Below, piece by piece: positions 1 through 13,917 of a DNA stretch of 64,000 nucleotides; position 1 is the first letter of the stretch; every line of letters begins with the position of its first letter. The notes below the pieces were generated by a model. That model made no database searches. It was not told the origin of the DNA and worked only from the letters and a program-made list of their open reading frames with translations. The translations under genes were made by a program, and so were the position numbers. This DNA is from Felis catus (Eukaryota), in the NCBI RefSeq assembly GCF_018350175.1, contig NC_058368.1, positions 73,224,001 to 73,288,000 of the forward strand, given 5' to 3'.

Positions 1-339
1 GCAGCTACCTTGTGTTCATAAGGCATCAGTGGGAGAGCCACACACAGTTTCTTTTTCCTGAGCCATTTGTCCAACTAAAAGTATTTACTGGGAGAATGTT
101 AATCTATCCGGAAATTTTAACAACCAGTGTGACAAACATAGTCTTCATTTGATCCTTACCTTAAGATGGAGTCTTAATTAGTCTTTGACATTCAATGAAT
201 TTTCTCAATTTTATCTTTTGATGTTTTAGTTTGGGAAGCATTTATCTTTTTAACTACAAGTCCCTGATTATACTGACTCTCTCTATTCTTTTCCATTCTT
301 GCTTGCAAATCAGCCGATATTGTTCTGATTTTGTCTCTT

Positions 340-970
340 TCCTATAATAAACTTTCTAACGCAGTCAACAGCAGCCAACACATGCTACTAAATGTGTGTT
401 TTCCCATAAAGCTACAAATTTATTAGGTATATAATTTGCCTTCTAAGTTAACACAGGCAACCATTTCACTAAGTAATTGGCCACTACATAACATGGATTA
501 CCATGCTTTTAACCTCTGTTATTAGTTTCCTTGTAAACTAATGCCTAGCCCATGAACCAAAACCACATATTTAAAGTTGTTCCAATGTTGATTCCAATTT
601 CTTTTTCAATTATATTGATCTGATTACACTGAAGTAATAAATAACCCTAGAATCCCAGTGGCTTAAAACAACAAATGTTTCTTTCTGTGCCACATTTACA
701 TGTCCATCAAAAGTAGGATGATAGCGCTGATCCCCATCATTATTGTCCTCACTCTGGGTTGCAGGCTGATAAGAAGAGTCACTCTCTGAAACATTACCAA
801 TACCCAAACCAAAAGGAAAGAAGAGAATGATGAAGCATGTACTGATTCTAAAATCTTCTACCTAAAAGTGACACACATCACTTCTGTTCCCATGGTCACA
901 CATGATAGGTAAGTATAATCCTATGTCAGGAATCAGAGCTAGATATTGGTGGAAAATGTTAGAATCTATC
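340..970 (-). mobile_element. ERVL-MaLR (MLT1-type) internal end plus LTR remnant
   Basis: MLT1-like motifs 'cagtggcttaaaacaacaaatgttt' and 'aagtgacacacatcacttctg'; the upstream stretch resembles a MaLR internal terminus. Confidence 0.55.
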
Positions 971-984
971 ATTAAAATCTATCA

Positions 985-2745
985 AGGAAAAGAAATATTA
1001 TTATTAAAAGAGATAAAAGCCAAACTTGAAAATTTTAGTAGGGAACTGAAAAATATGAAATGATATATGAGAAGTAGAAATAAAAGTAAATATGCAGGAT
1101 TCTAGAATTTAAACACGCAAGTGAAATTAAGAACTAGAGGTACAGGTTTAAGAGCAGATCAAGCCAGGCTTAAGACTTTGAACAGGAAAAAATAACTACA
1201 TAGCATGTTACATACACAGACAAAGATGTGGCTAAGAATCATTGAGGGTGTAGTAAATTCTCCATTCACAACCATTGTTAAAGAAAGCAACAAATATCAT
1301 CCTCCAGGAAGAAAGAAAATACTCACATAATGGAAAGACAGAGATACTGGAAGAAATGAAGAACAAATAAAGTGATAAGTAAAATATTTAATCTAAGCAA
1401 ATACTCTGAAACAAGTAAGAATAATGTCTTATGGGGTTTATTTTCTATACAAAGAAAAATAAAAATACATGATGGCCATAGTTTTGGGCAGGTACGGGAT
1501 ACATAGAGAAAACGTCTTCTCAGACCCTTATGTTTCCTGAGAGGAGAGGAAAAATATCAATTGCCATTAGACCTCGATAAGTTAAGTATGCAGGTTACAA
1601 CTTCCAGAGTAATAATTAAGTAACAAAAATAGTGTCACTTCAAATAATGGGAAAATATGATCATGAAAATTATCAATACAAAAGAGGTAAAAAGGAAACA
1701 ACAGAAGACATAAAATAGATTCAACAAATAGAATATACATAATAAGGGAGAATTTTAACCCAAATATTTTGCTAATTATATTAAGTATAAATGGATGAAA
1801 AGATCCAGATAAAGACAGAGACATTCTGGTTGGATAAAAAACAATGATAACAACTATAAGTTACTTATAAGAGACATGCAATGTAAGAAATCAGATAGAA
1901 AAAGTAGTGACAATAAAAAAGATGTACAATGTAGACATCAAGCAAGAAAAAGTTTTCCTTCATAATGATAAAAAATACAGTTTATCAGAAACACAAAACA
2001 AATTTTACATTTGTGTGTATATGTTAATGTGGCTTCATAAAAATTTTTAAATATACACATACACAAGGAAAAGCAAGAAATACACAATCATATGGGAGAT
2101 TTTAATACTTCCAACAAAACAAGCAGACAAAATATCAATATGCATACATAAGATTTAAACAGCATAATTAATATTAACTAATGCAGACAGATCTATAAAT
2201 ATATAATCCTGCACCCAATAATGATACCTATATCTTCTTTTCAAGCAAATTTTAAGCCTTTTATAAAATTTGGTCATATGTGGAGGCACAAATAATGTCT
2301 TAACAAATATCAAAAATATGAAACAAGATGTTTTCTAATCACAATGTAATCAATTGAGAAATAAATCACCAAAAAGTGAATATAATCCCCATATATTAGA
2401 ATTCAGATATACACATTTAAGTGGCCCATGTGAAAGAAGATATTGCAAAGGAAATTTAAAATATTTAACTAACTATAATGAAAAACAAAAGCAAATTTAT
2501 AATCTAAAGTGTTTATATTGGAAAAGAAGAAAGGCTGATATTTTAATGAGCTAAGAGTCAATCACAAAAATTCAGTAAAAGGATAACAAATTGCCCAGAT
2601 AACTTGAGAGGGGGGAAAAAAAGAAATGAAATCATTAAGATGGAATATAAAAAGAAACTAAAAAAAATAAAATAAAGTAAGATCAACAAAATTCTGAAAA
2701 ACTGTCAAGACTGATAAATTATGCCCCCCCAAAATAAATGGAGAA

Positions 2746-2785
<40 letters not shown>

Positions 2786-2900
2786 GCACCCATACACTGT
2801 TAGAAATGAAGAAGGGGCTATCACCACAAATTTTGCAGACATTAAAAGGAAACAAAGAGAAAATAATGAGCAAATGTGTATGAATAAGTTTTTAATGTTA
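985..2900 (+). mobile_element. Ancient LINE-1 (L1M-type) ORF1/ORF2 5' region, highly degraded
   Basis: A-rich strand with L1 ORF2-like phrases such as 'caatcatatgggagattttaatact' and 'agaaatgaagaaggggctatcaccacaaat'. Confidence 0.7.
2748..2783. repeat. (CA)n microsatellite
   Basis: Seen directly. Confidence 0.95.
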
Positions 2901-2982
2901 CTTACTTAATTGGCATAGCTTTGTGAATGATTACAAGGCACACATTCTTGCACTAACTTTACAGAACAAGAAAAAGAACCCT

Positions 2983-3515
2983 GCATCCCCATGTTTATAG
3001 CAGCACTATCAACAATGGCCAAAGTATGGAAAGATCCCAAATGTCCATTGATGGATGAATGGATAAAGAAGATGTGGTATATATACAATGGAGTATTACT
3101 TGGCAATCAAAAAGAATGAAATCTTGCCATTTGCAACTACGTGGATGGAACTGGAGGGTATTATGCTAAGTGAAATTAGTCAGAGAAAGACAAAAATCAT
3201 ATGACTTCACTCATATGAGGACTTTAGGAGACAAAACAGATGGACATAAGGGAAGGGAAGCAAAAATAACATGAAAACAGGGAGGGGGACAAAACAGAAG
3301 AGACTCATAAATATGGAGAACAAACTGAGGGTTATTGGAGGGGTTGTGGAAGGGGGGATGGGCTAAACGGGAAGGGGCATTAAGGAATCTACTCCTGAAA
3401 TCATTGTTGCACTATATGCTAACTAATTTGGATGTAAATTTTAAAAAATTAAAATTAAAATTAAAAAAATAAAATAAAATACATATAATCAGAAAAAATA
3501 AAAAGAAAAAAAAGA
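2983..3515 (+). mobile_element. 5'-truncated carnivore L1 3' end with A-rich tail and 15-bp TSD
   Basis: ORF2 C-terminus and 3'UTR ('atggatggaactggagggtattatgctaagtgaaa'-like); TSD aagaaaaagaaccct at 2968-2982 and 3516-3530. Confidence 0.9.
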
Positions 3516-3629
3516 AAGAAAAAGAACCCTAACAGTGCCCAGAAGCCCCCATTGTGTCTGATACCAACCACAGTTCTCTTCCTCAAAAAGTAACCACTCT
3601 CCTGGCTTTTATAGCCTCACTTCCTTGCA

Positions 3630-4810
3630 GGAAACACCAGGAGAGGAGCTTGAAGAAAAGCTACCAATTAGGTAGAAGGGAATCATAGAGTGGCATGTCA
3701 GGAGCCAAGACAAAAATAAAAGGGGGGGGGCAGGTAGGGAAATAAGTGAGAGTAGGAGGAAGGGGAAAGTCAGAAGAGTGTACCCTCAGATGGGAGCTAC
3801 CAAAGTTGGCTAATATTCCTGTGGGGTGGTCCAGCTGAAAGAGAAAGAAGCAAGCAAAGCTAGAAGTTGAGTATGAGAATCAAAGAATCCAAGAGTATGA
3901 GAGAGCTAAAAGAGACGGGGTGCAGAGCCCAAATGAAGGATCAGAGTGTTTCTGGACTTAGAAGTGAAAAGATGGAGAAATTCCTAGCGATTTCAATATT
4001 TAAGTGAAATATGAGTCAAAGTTAAAGGTGGAGATGAAAGTATAGGAAGGAGGAATGAGAAATTTGTGGAGAAAAGAAAAGGAACAAAACACTAACTCGA
4101 GAAGTGAGAAAGCAATTTACAAGACAAATCCAGTTGAGATGTCAGTCAGAGTGAATTGTCCCCTTGTGCAGTTTTGTATGATTTCTTTAAAGGGAAACCA
4201 GTTGGCCCGACTGGATCTCCTTCCTCCTGCAACGTGCATCTGTCTGTATGTAAGCACAGAACTCATGGTTGGATGGTTGAGTCATCAGAGTGGGGTTTTA
4301 CCAGGCAGAAATGACAGAAGGAGCAAAAAGAAGGTTATGGAGATTGAAGAGAGCAATAATAATGATGAGCCGTGGGCTCTGAGTTGTGCAAGGAAGAACA
4401 TGAAGACAGGAGGGGGATGTTAGATAGTAAGAAAGTATTGGGGTAGATTAATTGGAGAGAATTAGTTGATCAGAATTTTTACCCTGTGATTATTTGAGCC
4501 CATGCACTGTTAGGAAGGGAGGTGGTTGCAGAATTGGGATAAATTGAGGATTTCAAAGGCAGTACAGTTTCCATCAATGACAAGTTCCAGGTTGGACTGT
4601 GGGAAGGGAAGGCTGAGGGGGAGGGAAAGAAAGGGTAATTGGAGAAATATTAGACAAGGAACTGAGGGGCCAGCATGCCACATGGGTTATATCCCAGAAT
4701 GTCAGAGTCACTGAGGGATGGTATGAGAGGGGAAGATGGGGAAAGCTCTAATGAGGAAGCTCTCAGTGAATGAAGAAGAGAGGCTAGGAGGTTGATAACA
4801 AAGAGGGAGA
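3630..4810. mobile_element. Degraded L2-like LINE remnant
   Basis: Purine/G-rich strand composition and phrasing typical of antisense L2; no ORF. Confidence 0.4.
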
Positions 4811-5279
4811 GAAGAGGATGATTATACCGGTTAAAGGCCTTGTGCCCATCAGATCATCTCTGCACTTGCTCTGTGCCCCAGAGACCCCCATATGCAATCC
4901 TTCAAAGGGATCCCTTACCCTCTGGTTTCTGATTCAGTCACTGGAGAGCCTCTCAAGAGCTTGGAGGCAGGAAGGCCTGAATACCTACTCTCCAGGTTGT
5001 ACCAGGCCTACTGTCCCTTGGCTTCAGGTCACCCAAGAGTCTCCCATTCTGGGTTTTGATAATAACTCCCTCCTTCTTCCTTTTAGATGACCTGTTTTTA
5101 ACTTCAATTTCCTGCACTATTCTGTGTGGTTTCTGTACACCCTATTTGTATTTTTCTGAATGGTCCCTTCCTTTTTAAAGCCCTTCTTGAATTTTCCTTC
5201 TTTGAGTGTGCCATTTGTCTCTTTGCTGGGACTCTGACTAATAGCATGATAGAATCCAACAGTGTGAGCATAGGGTTTT

Positions 5280-5332
<53 letters not shown>

Positions 5333-5500
5333 AGAGAAGGAAGGAAGGAGGCAGGGAGGGAGGGAAGAAAGAAAGGGAGAGAGGGGGAGAGAGAGGGAAG
5401 GAGAAGAAGAGAGGAAGAAAGAGAGAAAGAGCAAAAGGAAGGAGGAAAGAAGGAAGGAAGGAAGGAAGGAAGGAAGGAAGGAAGGAAGGAAGGAGAAAAG
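5280..5500. repeat. Compound (GAAA)n/(GGAA)n polypurine microsatellite
   Basis: About 220 bp, almost all purines; source of the spurious ORFs within 5117-5722. Confidence 0.95.
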
Positions 5501-5849
5501 GCCTAATGATCCAGAAGTGGTAATGAGAATTAAGAGGACACCTGCCCCACCACATGACTCAGAAGTATATAGTGCCTGAGAGAAAAACACTGCCTCAGAT
5601 AGGAGGGCTCTAGGGGAAGAAATTTCCTCAGTGACCTGCCAGACATCTGGTAGAGGCCACAAGTTGAAAGAATGGCAAAAAAAAAAAAAGATTTGACAAT
5701 GTTTGACAGTGGAGAGGAACATGGGACAAAATGAAGGAAGGCTGCCAGATTTCTTAGCTCCTATAGATATATGACCATTAAGCTATGAATGTACATTATA
5801 CACTATTCTTCAAGACAAGGGAATAAGGACCCAGAAGGCAATTCAGACA

Positions 5850-6729
5850 CCATCAGAGCTGCTTCCTCAGTTTCAGAGAAGAGGGCCATTGTCTCAGTTT
5901 CAACAGGCAAGGTGGCAGCCACCTGGAACCTTGAGGCAGTGACCCTTGCCTAGTAGAGCAGCAGAGGCAGGACCTCCACCCAGGGGGTCCAGAAGGCAGA
6001 GCACTGAAACAAAGAGTATCTTGAGCCTTCAGATCTAACGACATTTATGTGCTTAGGACCTATTTCTCCTTTTGAAATGGAATGTCTATCCCATGCCTGT
6101 CCCACCATTGTATTTTGGAAGTACATGATTTAACCTGGTTTCACAGTTTCACAGCTGGAGAGAAATTTGCCTCAGGATGAATTATACCTTGGGTCTAACC
6201 CGTTCCGATTTAGATAATATTTAGATAATAACATAATATTTAGACAATATTTAGATAATATTTGGACTTTATACTTTATAGTTGATGCTGGAATAAGTTA
6301 AGATCGGAAGGCAGGTGCTGTTGGGACGGAATTAATGTATTTTTCATAGGAGTAGGAGTGAATTGGGGACAGAGGACAAGGAACAGAATGGTATGGCTGA
6401 ATGTTTGCCTCCCTCCAAAATTCATGTTGAAGTCCTGATTTGGAGGTGTGAACTTTGGGGTGTGATTAGGTTTAGGTGAGGTTATGAGAGTGGGACCCCC
6501 ACAATGGAATTGGTACCTTTCAGTGACGGGACCTCATTCTCTCTTCTATGTGAGGACACAGTGACAAGGCATCTGTCCACAAGCCGGGAAGAAAGTTCCT
6601 ACCAGGAACAGAATCTACCAGCACCTTGATCTTGGACTTCCCAGCCTCCAGAACTGTGAGATATAAATGCCTATTGTTTAAGTACTCAGTCTATGGTAAT
6701 TTGTTATATCACCTGAGCTGAATAAGATA
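5850..6729 (+). mobile_element. MLT1A-type MaLR: internal 3' end (about 5850-6388) plus LTR (about 6389-6729)
   Basis: 'caccttgatcttggacttcccagcctccagaactgtgagatataaat...tgtttaag...ctatggtaatttgttat'. Confidence 0.8.
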
Positions 6730-9700
6730 GAGGGGGAGATGGCCAATCACAGGGCAGTGACAGGAATGGAAGGGATGGTTGCAGACTGGGACAGATTAGG
6801 GGCATACAGAGAACATAAAAGAAATTTCAGGTGGTAATGAATGTCTACAGAGGTTAGACCTCTGAGGATGATCAAAGCAAACAGGGAATCAAAGCAAATA
6901 GGATTAGAGGCAAATGGACTTTAGGATCTAGTGTTGCATTATGTCCCCAAACATTTCAATTATTTATATTGCAATTGGGCATTCAGGTCATAGGCAGGTT
7001 TTTTGGCAAGCACCAGGGCAAGGTCACTCTTATAGGCTTTGTTCAGTGGTCTAACTACAGATAAAAGGCACTACTCTCAGGATGCAAACGTTATTCTGCA
7101 AGTGATAGAAAGCTTTTTAAAATGGAAGAGACTGGGATGTGTTAAGAGCTGATGGGAAAGCAAGAGGTCGAAGACAGAGAAGAGAGGGCAATCAGTCATG
7201 AGAAGTCCCAGAGGCAACTGGATCCCGAGGGTGGGTGATGGGATTGTCTTTCATTCTGACAGGAAGGAAATACTTTGCTAAGATGTCACAGGATCTGTTG
7301 AGAATGGCATGTAATTTACTCTGCACACTAATTACTCACAATGAATTCATGATGACACATTAAGGTAACAAGTTCTGGGCTGGACAGGTCTGTATTCTTC
7401 TCAGTGTATTTCTTGTTTCCAGTTTGACCTGCCCTGGGATGTCTGCTTCTTTCTTTTTGGCCACTATGAATGTTACCAGTGGTTCTTATCTGTGAGTAGA
7501 GCCATGCAAGACTGCGTGTCTTCTGTGCATCTGAATTCTCAAGTCAAAAAATAAGGATTTCTTCTCTGCCCTCTTATGGTCTAGCAGAAACATTCTCTGT
7601 GTTGTGAGGATGCTAAAATCCTAAAAGTCCTGTCATGGGAGGAGTCCTTAACTGTTTTGAGTCCAAACATGGTACTATGATGTTTCCTATAGAACATCAT
7701 CACACATGTTCAGGCATTATCAACTAGGGATGTCACTGGTTACAGTAGGTCTGCTAAAGCAGTAACTATCTACACCCTGAGAACAGAGACAGGTGGATCA
7801 AAATCAAAACATCAGAAGGTTGAACAAAATCAAATGAGGGAAGTCGTGGTATTTTCCTAAAAGATATGAAAATAAGATACCAAGTCCAAGGTAAATCCAG
7901 ACAGATCCCATATCCAAGTCTAAGCTCCAAAGGAGGCAGAGTTCAAGCTAAAGGGAATATGGACTGAGCAAGTCTCTAACACACAGGACTGAGACCAGCC
8001 CAGGGTTGTATTACAAAATAAGAGAGTGAAACACAAATGGGGAAGGGACCAGTGAAGCTTTCTCAGCTGGTCTACAAAGAACTTCTGCAGGCATGGCTCC
8101 ATGAGCATTAAAGAGTAACTCCCCAAAATGCCCAGGAGAAAGGGAAAAGAAATATTCACACTAGTTTAGGAAGGAAGAGTAGAATGGGAGAGGTCTGAGA
8201 GCTGACGGCATAGGAAAGTTCCTGGCACGCCCTCTTGAGCACAGATCAGTGACAATATCCAAGTGATTTCTAGGGCAAGATTATTAATATTCTACCATTG
8301 ATTAGAAGGAAACATTGAGTAGAAGCTCAGGGGTGGGTGTGCTATTCCACAGGAACAGTTATGTTCCCCTAACACCATCACCTGCACACAGCAAACACAT
8401 ATAGTGCAACCTTGATATAACTTGATTAACGTACATAACCAGGTGTATATTTCTTCTGAAGTAAACACCTCCCACCCAGGAGACTGAAGGTGAAGCTGAT
8501 CTGAGAGAGGAAAAAGTTTCTTTTATTCCTGAGCCTCAAAGATGCTGAGGTTGAGCAAAGATGCTGACTGTACGAGACTTCCAGGTCACCGGGTCAGTTA
8601 TGGAGGGAATGTTGAGGTTGGGAGGCCCACACCCAGTTCCAGGACAAAGGAGACAGCGCCCTGGCAGCTGGTCGGCCTGTGTTTCAACAGTGACACCATG
8701 TGGCAGCAACGGCTACAGGGACAGCAGAAGACCATTAGACTTCTGTTTTTCTCTCTGACACAATTGACTATTGACTAAGACTATTGACACTCCGATGACA
8801 AAGCCCCTCAGATTCCTGCACCTACTCGCCGCTCCTGTGTGCTCTGGATGTGGGCGTTAGTAGGGGGAAAATGCTCATGCAAGGAAGGAAGATCTTCAAA
8901 GGTTGGGAGAGGAGGACCAGACTCATTTTGAAGAAAGAAACAGAACTGCCTAATACCACTGGAAAAACAAGTGACTACAGCCCTAAGACAGGTCTTACTT
9001 TGCAATACTCATGATACTCAGGACCTGTCTGGAGTTACACAGTAAAATCATACAAGTCAGAACAAGTAGGAACCCCGTACAGTTTTGAAACAGTGTGGAT
9101 TTGGCATGAGGCCAAGGGGGTGAAAATCACAGTTCTTGCAGTGATCAGCAGTGTGACCTTGGACATATTCCTCAAACCATCTGAGCTTTGATTCCCACGC
9201 CCACCAATGGAGATGAGGTACAGGATCAATGTGATCGTTATAACCATGGTGTTTCTACACTGTGAAATCTCACATCCTCTCTCTGCTTCTCAGGACACGT
9301 TGCAATGATGCTTTTGCCGTCAGCATGAGAATAACGAGCCAATATTGGAATTGGCTACATCTCTGACTTGTTTATAATGGTGACAAATTTATATTAAACT
9401 GTATGAGAGGGAAATGATTAAATCAGTATGGCAAATTCATATTAGGAAATATTAAGCAGTTATTAAAGTGAAGCCTTTGGTGAATTCCAATGACATTAGA
9501 GATTGCTGACAGACCAATATGAAGTGGGAAAGGAAGAACATAAAGCCTCATATGTAATGTAACCAAGATCACATTTCATATATAGTGCTCACATATGCAT
9601 AGATGCATCAGTACAGAATTCACAGAGGCTTAACAGAGACGGAAAAATCATAATAATGCATCTCTCATAGTTTTTAAAGTGGTTTTGGTGGGGGGCATAT

Positions 9701-9771
9701 TCCGATTTTATCTTCATTAAGTAAAACACTTTAAAAATGAACTTAGAAAAACAAACAAACAAATGAACTTC

Positions 9772-10016
9772 GAGGTGCCTGGGCAGCTCAGTAGATAAAG
9801 CGTCCGACTCTTGATTTCAGCTCAAGTCATGATCTCACGGTTTGCGGGATCAAGCCCTGTGTTGGGCTCTGCGCTGACAGCACGGAGCCTGCCTGGGATT
9901 CTCTCCCTCCCTCTCTCCCTGCCCCTCCCCTTCTCACTCTGTCTCTCTCTGTCTCTCTCTGTCTCTCTCTCTCTTTGTCTCTCTCTCAAAATAAATAAAC
10001 TTTAACAATGTATTTT
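9772..10016 (+). mobile_element. SINEC-type SINE
   Basis: tRNA-like head, (CT)n, aataaataaa tail; TSD aaatgaactt/aaatgaaatt. Confidence 0.92.
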
Positions 10017-11242
10017 AAATGAAATTAAATAGTAGCACTGCTTGATAGCTTTCTCAGTGTAATGTCAGCTACCATCCTAAGAGACAAGGGCTTCATCTTC
10101 TCTTTTGTATGCCCCCACTCTAGATTAATGTATGGGAGACGTTTCATACATCCTCCAAATGTATTTCCACTTGGTCTAGGCCACACTCTAGTGGATACCC
10201 ACTCTAGGTTCTCAAGTGGATCCTAGTATCTTGCCAGAGAGCTGATTTGCAAATACTTTCTTCCACTGCATGGATTCTGTTTTCACCTTCTGGGAAGTGT
10301 CCTTTGCAGCAGAAAGTTTAAAATTTCATCATTTTTGCTTCTGTCACTTGTGCTTTGGGGTCCTATCTAAAAGGTTTTATCCACCAAATCTTTTAAAAGG
10401 AGTCAGAAGCAACAAAATGCTATATACTGGAGTGTTTTCCCTTCTTGGCTACTTGTTTCCTTTTTCCTGGTTTCTCACAAAATTCCTGATGAGGATCCTA
10501 ATTTTGCAGCACCTGGTTTGAATCTCCCCTGGTGTCATCATCATTCTCCCCTCCCTGCTTGTCATCACAGTTAGAACCTCGCCGTGTCTTCTCTTGCCAA
10601 GTTCAGTCTCCAGCAAGCCTTCCCTCAGTCTTTTATTGGCTTCTGGCCAACAGAAGATAAACCAGTTGATCTACAATAGTCATCTCACCAAAATGCCACC
10701 TTGACCATGAGCAAGACAACGCTTTCTATTGTCATGCAAAACCATTGGACTCTTCTTGATTCCAAATTCCACATTCTGCACCAGGTTCTGGACATTCCTC
10801 TGCATAACAAAAATTTTACTAAATCACTGGCCACATTCCCAAACTCTCCAGAATGTGAGCTTCTACTGAACATTAACTCTGCCCCCACTCTTGGAATAGG
10901 AAAAGTATTGCAATTTTAAAAACAGGACCCTATTACTTTTACAGTCATGAGTCTTTTGTTCGGGTAAAGGCAGGGTAATGGCTCACAGCAAAAAGGGAAG
11001 TAATTTCATCCCGTGTCAGTGAAGGAGTCCTCAGTGCAGGACAGCTATGTGCAGTGACTCATCTTAGAGGACGGAGTCCCCTAAAAGTCCCCTGAGGATG
11101 GTAACTGACACTCACGTGGTACCTTGCAGGCATCATGAAAATACTTACAAGACATTTTTAACTTTTATCTGGATATAAGGGGCATAACAGAAATATATTA
11201 AAATATATAATATGTAAGTAATTATACAAAATGTAATTCCCT

Positions 11243-11447
11243 GGGGCCCCTGGGTGGCTCAGTCGGTTAAGCAGCCGACTTCAGCTTAGGTCACGATCTC
11301 GCGGTCCGTGAGTTCAAGCCCAACGTCCGGCTCTGTGCTGGCAGCTCAGAGCCTGGAGCCTGTTCCAGATACTGTATCTCCCTCTCTCTGACCCTCCCCT
11401 GTTCATGCTCTGTCTCTCTCTGTCTCAAAAATAAATAAACATTAAAA
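11243..11447 (+). mobile_element. SINEC_Fc-type felid SINE
   Basis: Full head to tail; TSD aaaatgtaattccctg. Confidence 0.95.
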
Positions 11448-12104
11448 AAAATGTAATTCCCTGTTTGGGAATGCACTTTAAGACACCCTATTGCAATTTT
11501 CAGAGGCAGAACTTCAGATCCTAGATATGTGGGGTTAGATTAAGGGAAAAAGGAAAATTTCAACACCACTTCAGAGCTTGCAAATGGATGGTCTCATACA
11601 AAATGAAGTCCCTCAGTGAGATTCAGAGGCGGATTTTGGTCATTTCTAATTTAAAGAAATAATGACGTGTAAATTTTAACTTTTTATAATGACTTCCTAT
11701 AAAACCCAGAAGGAAACTTGATAAATTCCAGACACAATAATTCATCAACTAAACCTGACAGTAGTATTCTGGAGATCGTATGTATTGATTTCTTAATTTA
11801 TTGAAGTACAATTACATTTAGTACGATGCCTCCAAAGCCAGGCAAAACATTAAAGACTGACAACAGAGTGGTTTATATAAAATTAAATAAATCAGTATGG
11901 CCTATCATGTTATTGAAAACAGTAAAAAGAAAATCAGTTGGCATTAAAAGCATCCTGTCATTTCATAATATCTTGAGGAAGCTATATTCTAAAATATTTT
12001 TGTGGAAAAATATAAAAATCATAGATACAGACATTCCTATGCGTAAACTCAAGAATAAATATGGGCCAGTGTAAGCATCAGGAGTGATTAGAAGCATTAC
12101 TGTT

Positions 12105-12365
12105 TAAAATGAGCAAAGGGGAAAAAAGAAGAGAGAGAGAGGCAAACCAAGAAACAGACCATTAACCATAGAGAACAAACTGATAGTTTCTAGACAGGAG
12201 GTGAGGGGAGGTGGGTTAAATATGTGATGGGGATTAAGGAGGGCACTTCTTGGGATGAGCACTGGATGATGTATGGAAGACTGTGTCACTATATTGAACA
12301 CTTGAAACTAACATTACACTGTATGTTAACTAACTGGGATTTAAACAAAAGCTTAAAAAAAATAA
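12105..12365 (+). mobile_element. Carnivore L1 3'UTR fragment
   Basis: 'gatggggattaaggagggcacttcttgggatgagcactggatg...tatgttaactaactgg' followed by an A tail. Confidence 0.85.
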
Positions 12366-12499
12366 ATGGGTTAGAACACTGGGGAAAAAAGTGTTGGCGT
12401 TTATCCTTTTATGGTAAAAAGCAAATGTTTTGAGTCATATTACCTGTCTTACTATCATTCCATGAAATATTATGTAAAACGTAATGATTTCAAGGCATC

Positions 12500-13065
12500 T
12501 GAATAACCTATGTCACACAATTCAGTAGCCAGTCACATGTGGCTACTGTATGCTTGAAATGTGGCTAATTCAAAGTGGGATGGGCTGTAAGTATGAAATA
12601 CCCACTAGGCTTCAAGGACATAGTACAAAGAGGGAATATAAAATATCTCAATAATCATATTTTTTAAGTTTATTTATTTAGAGAGAGAGAGAGAGTGAGA
12701 GCAAGTGGGGGAGGGGCAGAGAGACAGGGAGAGAGAGAGAATCCCAAGCAGGCTCCATGCTGTTAGCAATATGGGGCTCGAGCTCACAAAAAGTGAGATC
12801 ATGACCTGAGCTGAAATCGAGAGTGGGACACTTAACTGACTGAGCCACCCAGGCATCCCTCAATAATCATACTGATTATTGATTTTATTTTTTATTAGGT
12901 AACAAATTGAATATTATTTAACTGTTTTTAATTATAGGTTGAAAATATCTTTGGATATATGAGGTTAAATAAGTTATATTATTAAATCACCTATTTCTTT
13001 TTAGTTTTGTTAATGTGGCTGCTAGATAAGCACTTTAGTGGCTTGCTTTATATTTGCTGGATAGA
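12500..13065. mobile_element. MER33-like hAT-Charlie fossil interrupted by a SINE
   Basis: 'gtagccagtcacatgtggctactg...cttgaaatgtggcta' and 'taatgtggctgctag'. Confidence 0.7.
12660..12859 (-). mobile_element. SINEC-type SINE
   Basis: Reverse copy; TSD ctcaataatcata. Confidence 0.93.
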
Positions 13066-13865
13066 GCTGCCTAAAAGAATACCAGAGGAAACGTTGTCAA
13101 CATCATCAGAAATAGGAAGGCACAGGCCTCTGTGGGCAGAGCAGGCAGGCCGCACGAAGGAGGCAGCTGGTGCGGCCCAAGCATCACGGCATCACAACAA
13201 ATGGGGGAACTTCTGCCTCTGTTTCTCAGTGGAGAGTGCCTGCCTGCCATATTATATCTGCCCAAGCTCTAAACCTGGTTTTATACAAGACCTTCCAGAA
13301 GGAACCAGGAATTCATTGATCCCGCCTCGGCCCAGCCTCCACGGGCCAGAGCCAGCAACTGTTTGAGGACTTAGATCAGCATTTGCTCAGGTTGCTTTCA
13401 CATCTTTAGCAATGGCCTCAAGATGCCCACTTTCATGTATGGACTGCACCCCAAGATGGCAGGGACCCAGAGGAGTGGTGTGGGAGGGAGCCAAAGTCCT
13501 GGCTCCCACCACCCTCTCCAAACTCGTCTGGATGCAGTAGCTTCCTGAGGGTTCCTGCATCGGCAGTTCCCCTCTTCTTTGGAATCTATCCTGTCTTCAC
13601 AATCTTAACAACTGTCTAAAAATCTTTATTGCCTCTCCCTCTCAGTATACAATGTATGGAGCACAATAACACAAAAGCCACATGATAAATAGTCTGTTGA
13701 GAAATCTTCTGTTATGGACGAAACTGGCTAAGACTTGAGACTTGGAACAGCAAGTGCTGGAGGAAGGGTAGATTCTAGAGCAATTTAGAGTTAGTGTTGA
13801 CCATAACCACTAAGAAGTAATAAATTATAGTTTTTGTCACCACAGGATTTACCAACCCACCCCCA

Positions 13866-13866
<1 letters not shown>

Positions 13867-13915
<49 letters not shown>
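13867..13915. repeat. (CA)n microsatellite
   Basis: Seen directly. Confidence 0.95.

Positions 13916-13917
<2 letters not shown>

Noticed and set aside
5117..5722. 201-, 105- and 81-aa ORFs
   Set aside because: Low-complexity translations of the GAAA/GGAA microsatellite.
6209..6262. Short repeats of tttagataata as a CRISPR-like array
   Set aside because: A degenerate mini tandem repeat inside a MaLR internal region in eukaryotic DNA, with no spacers or cas genes.
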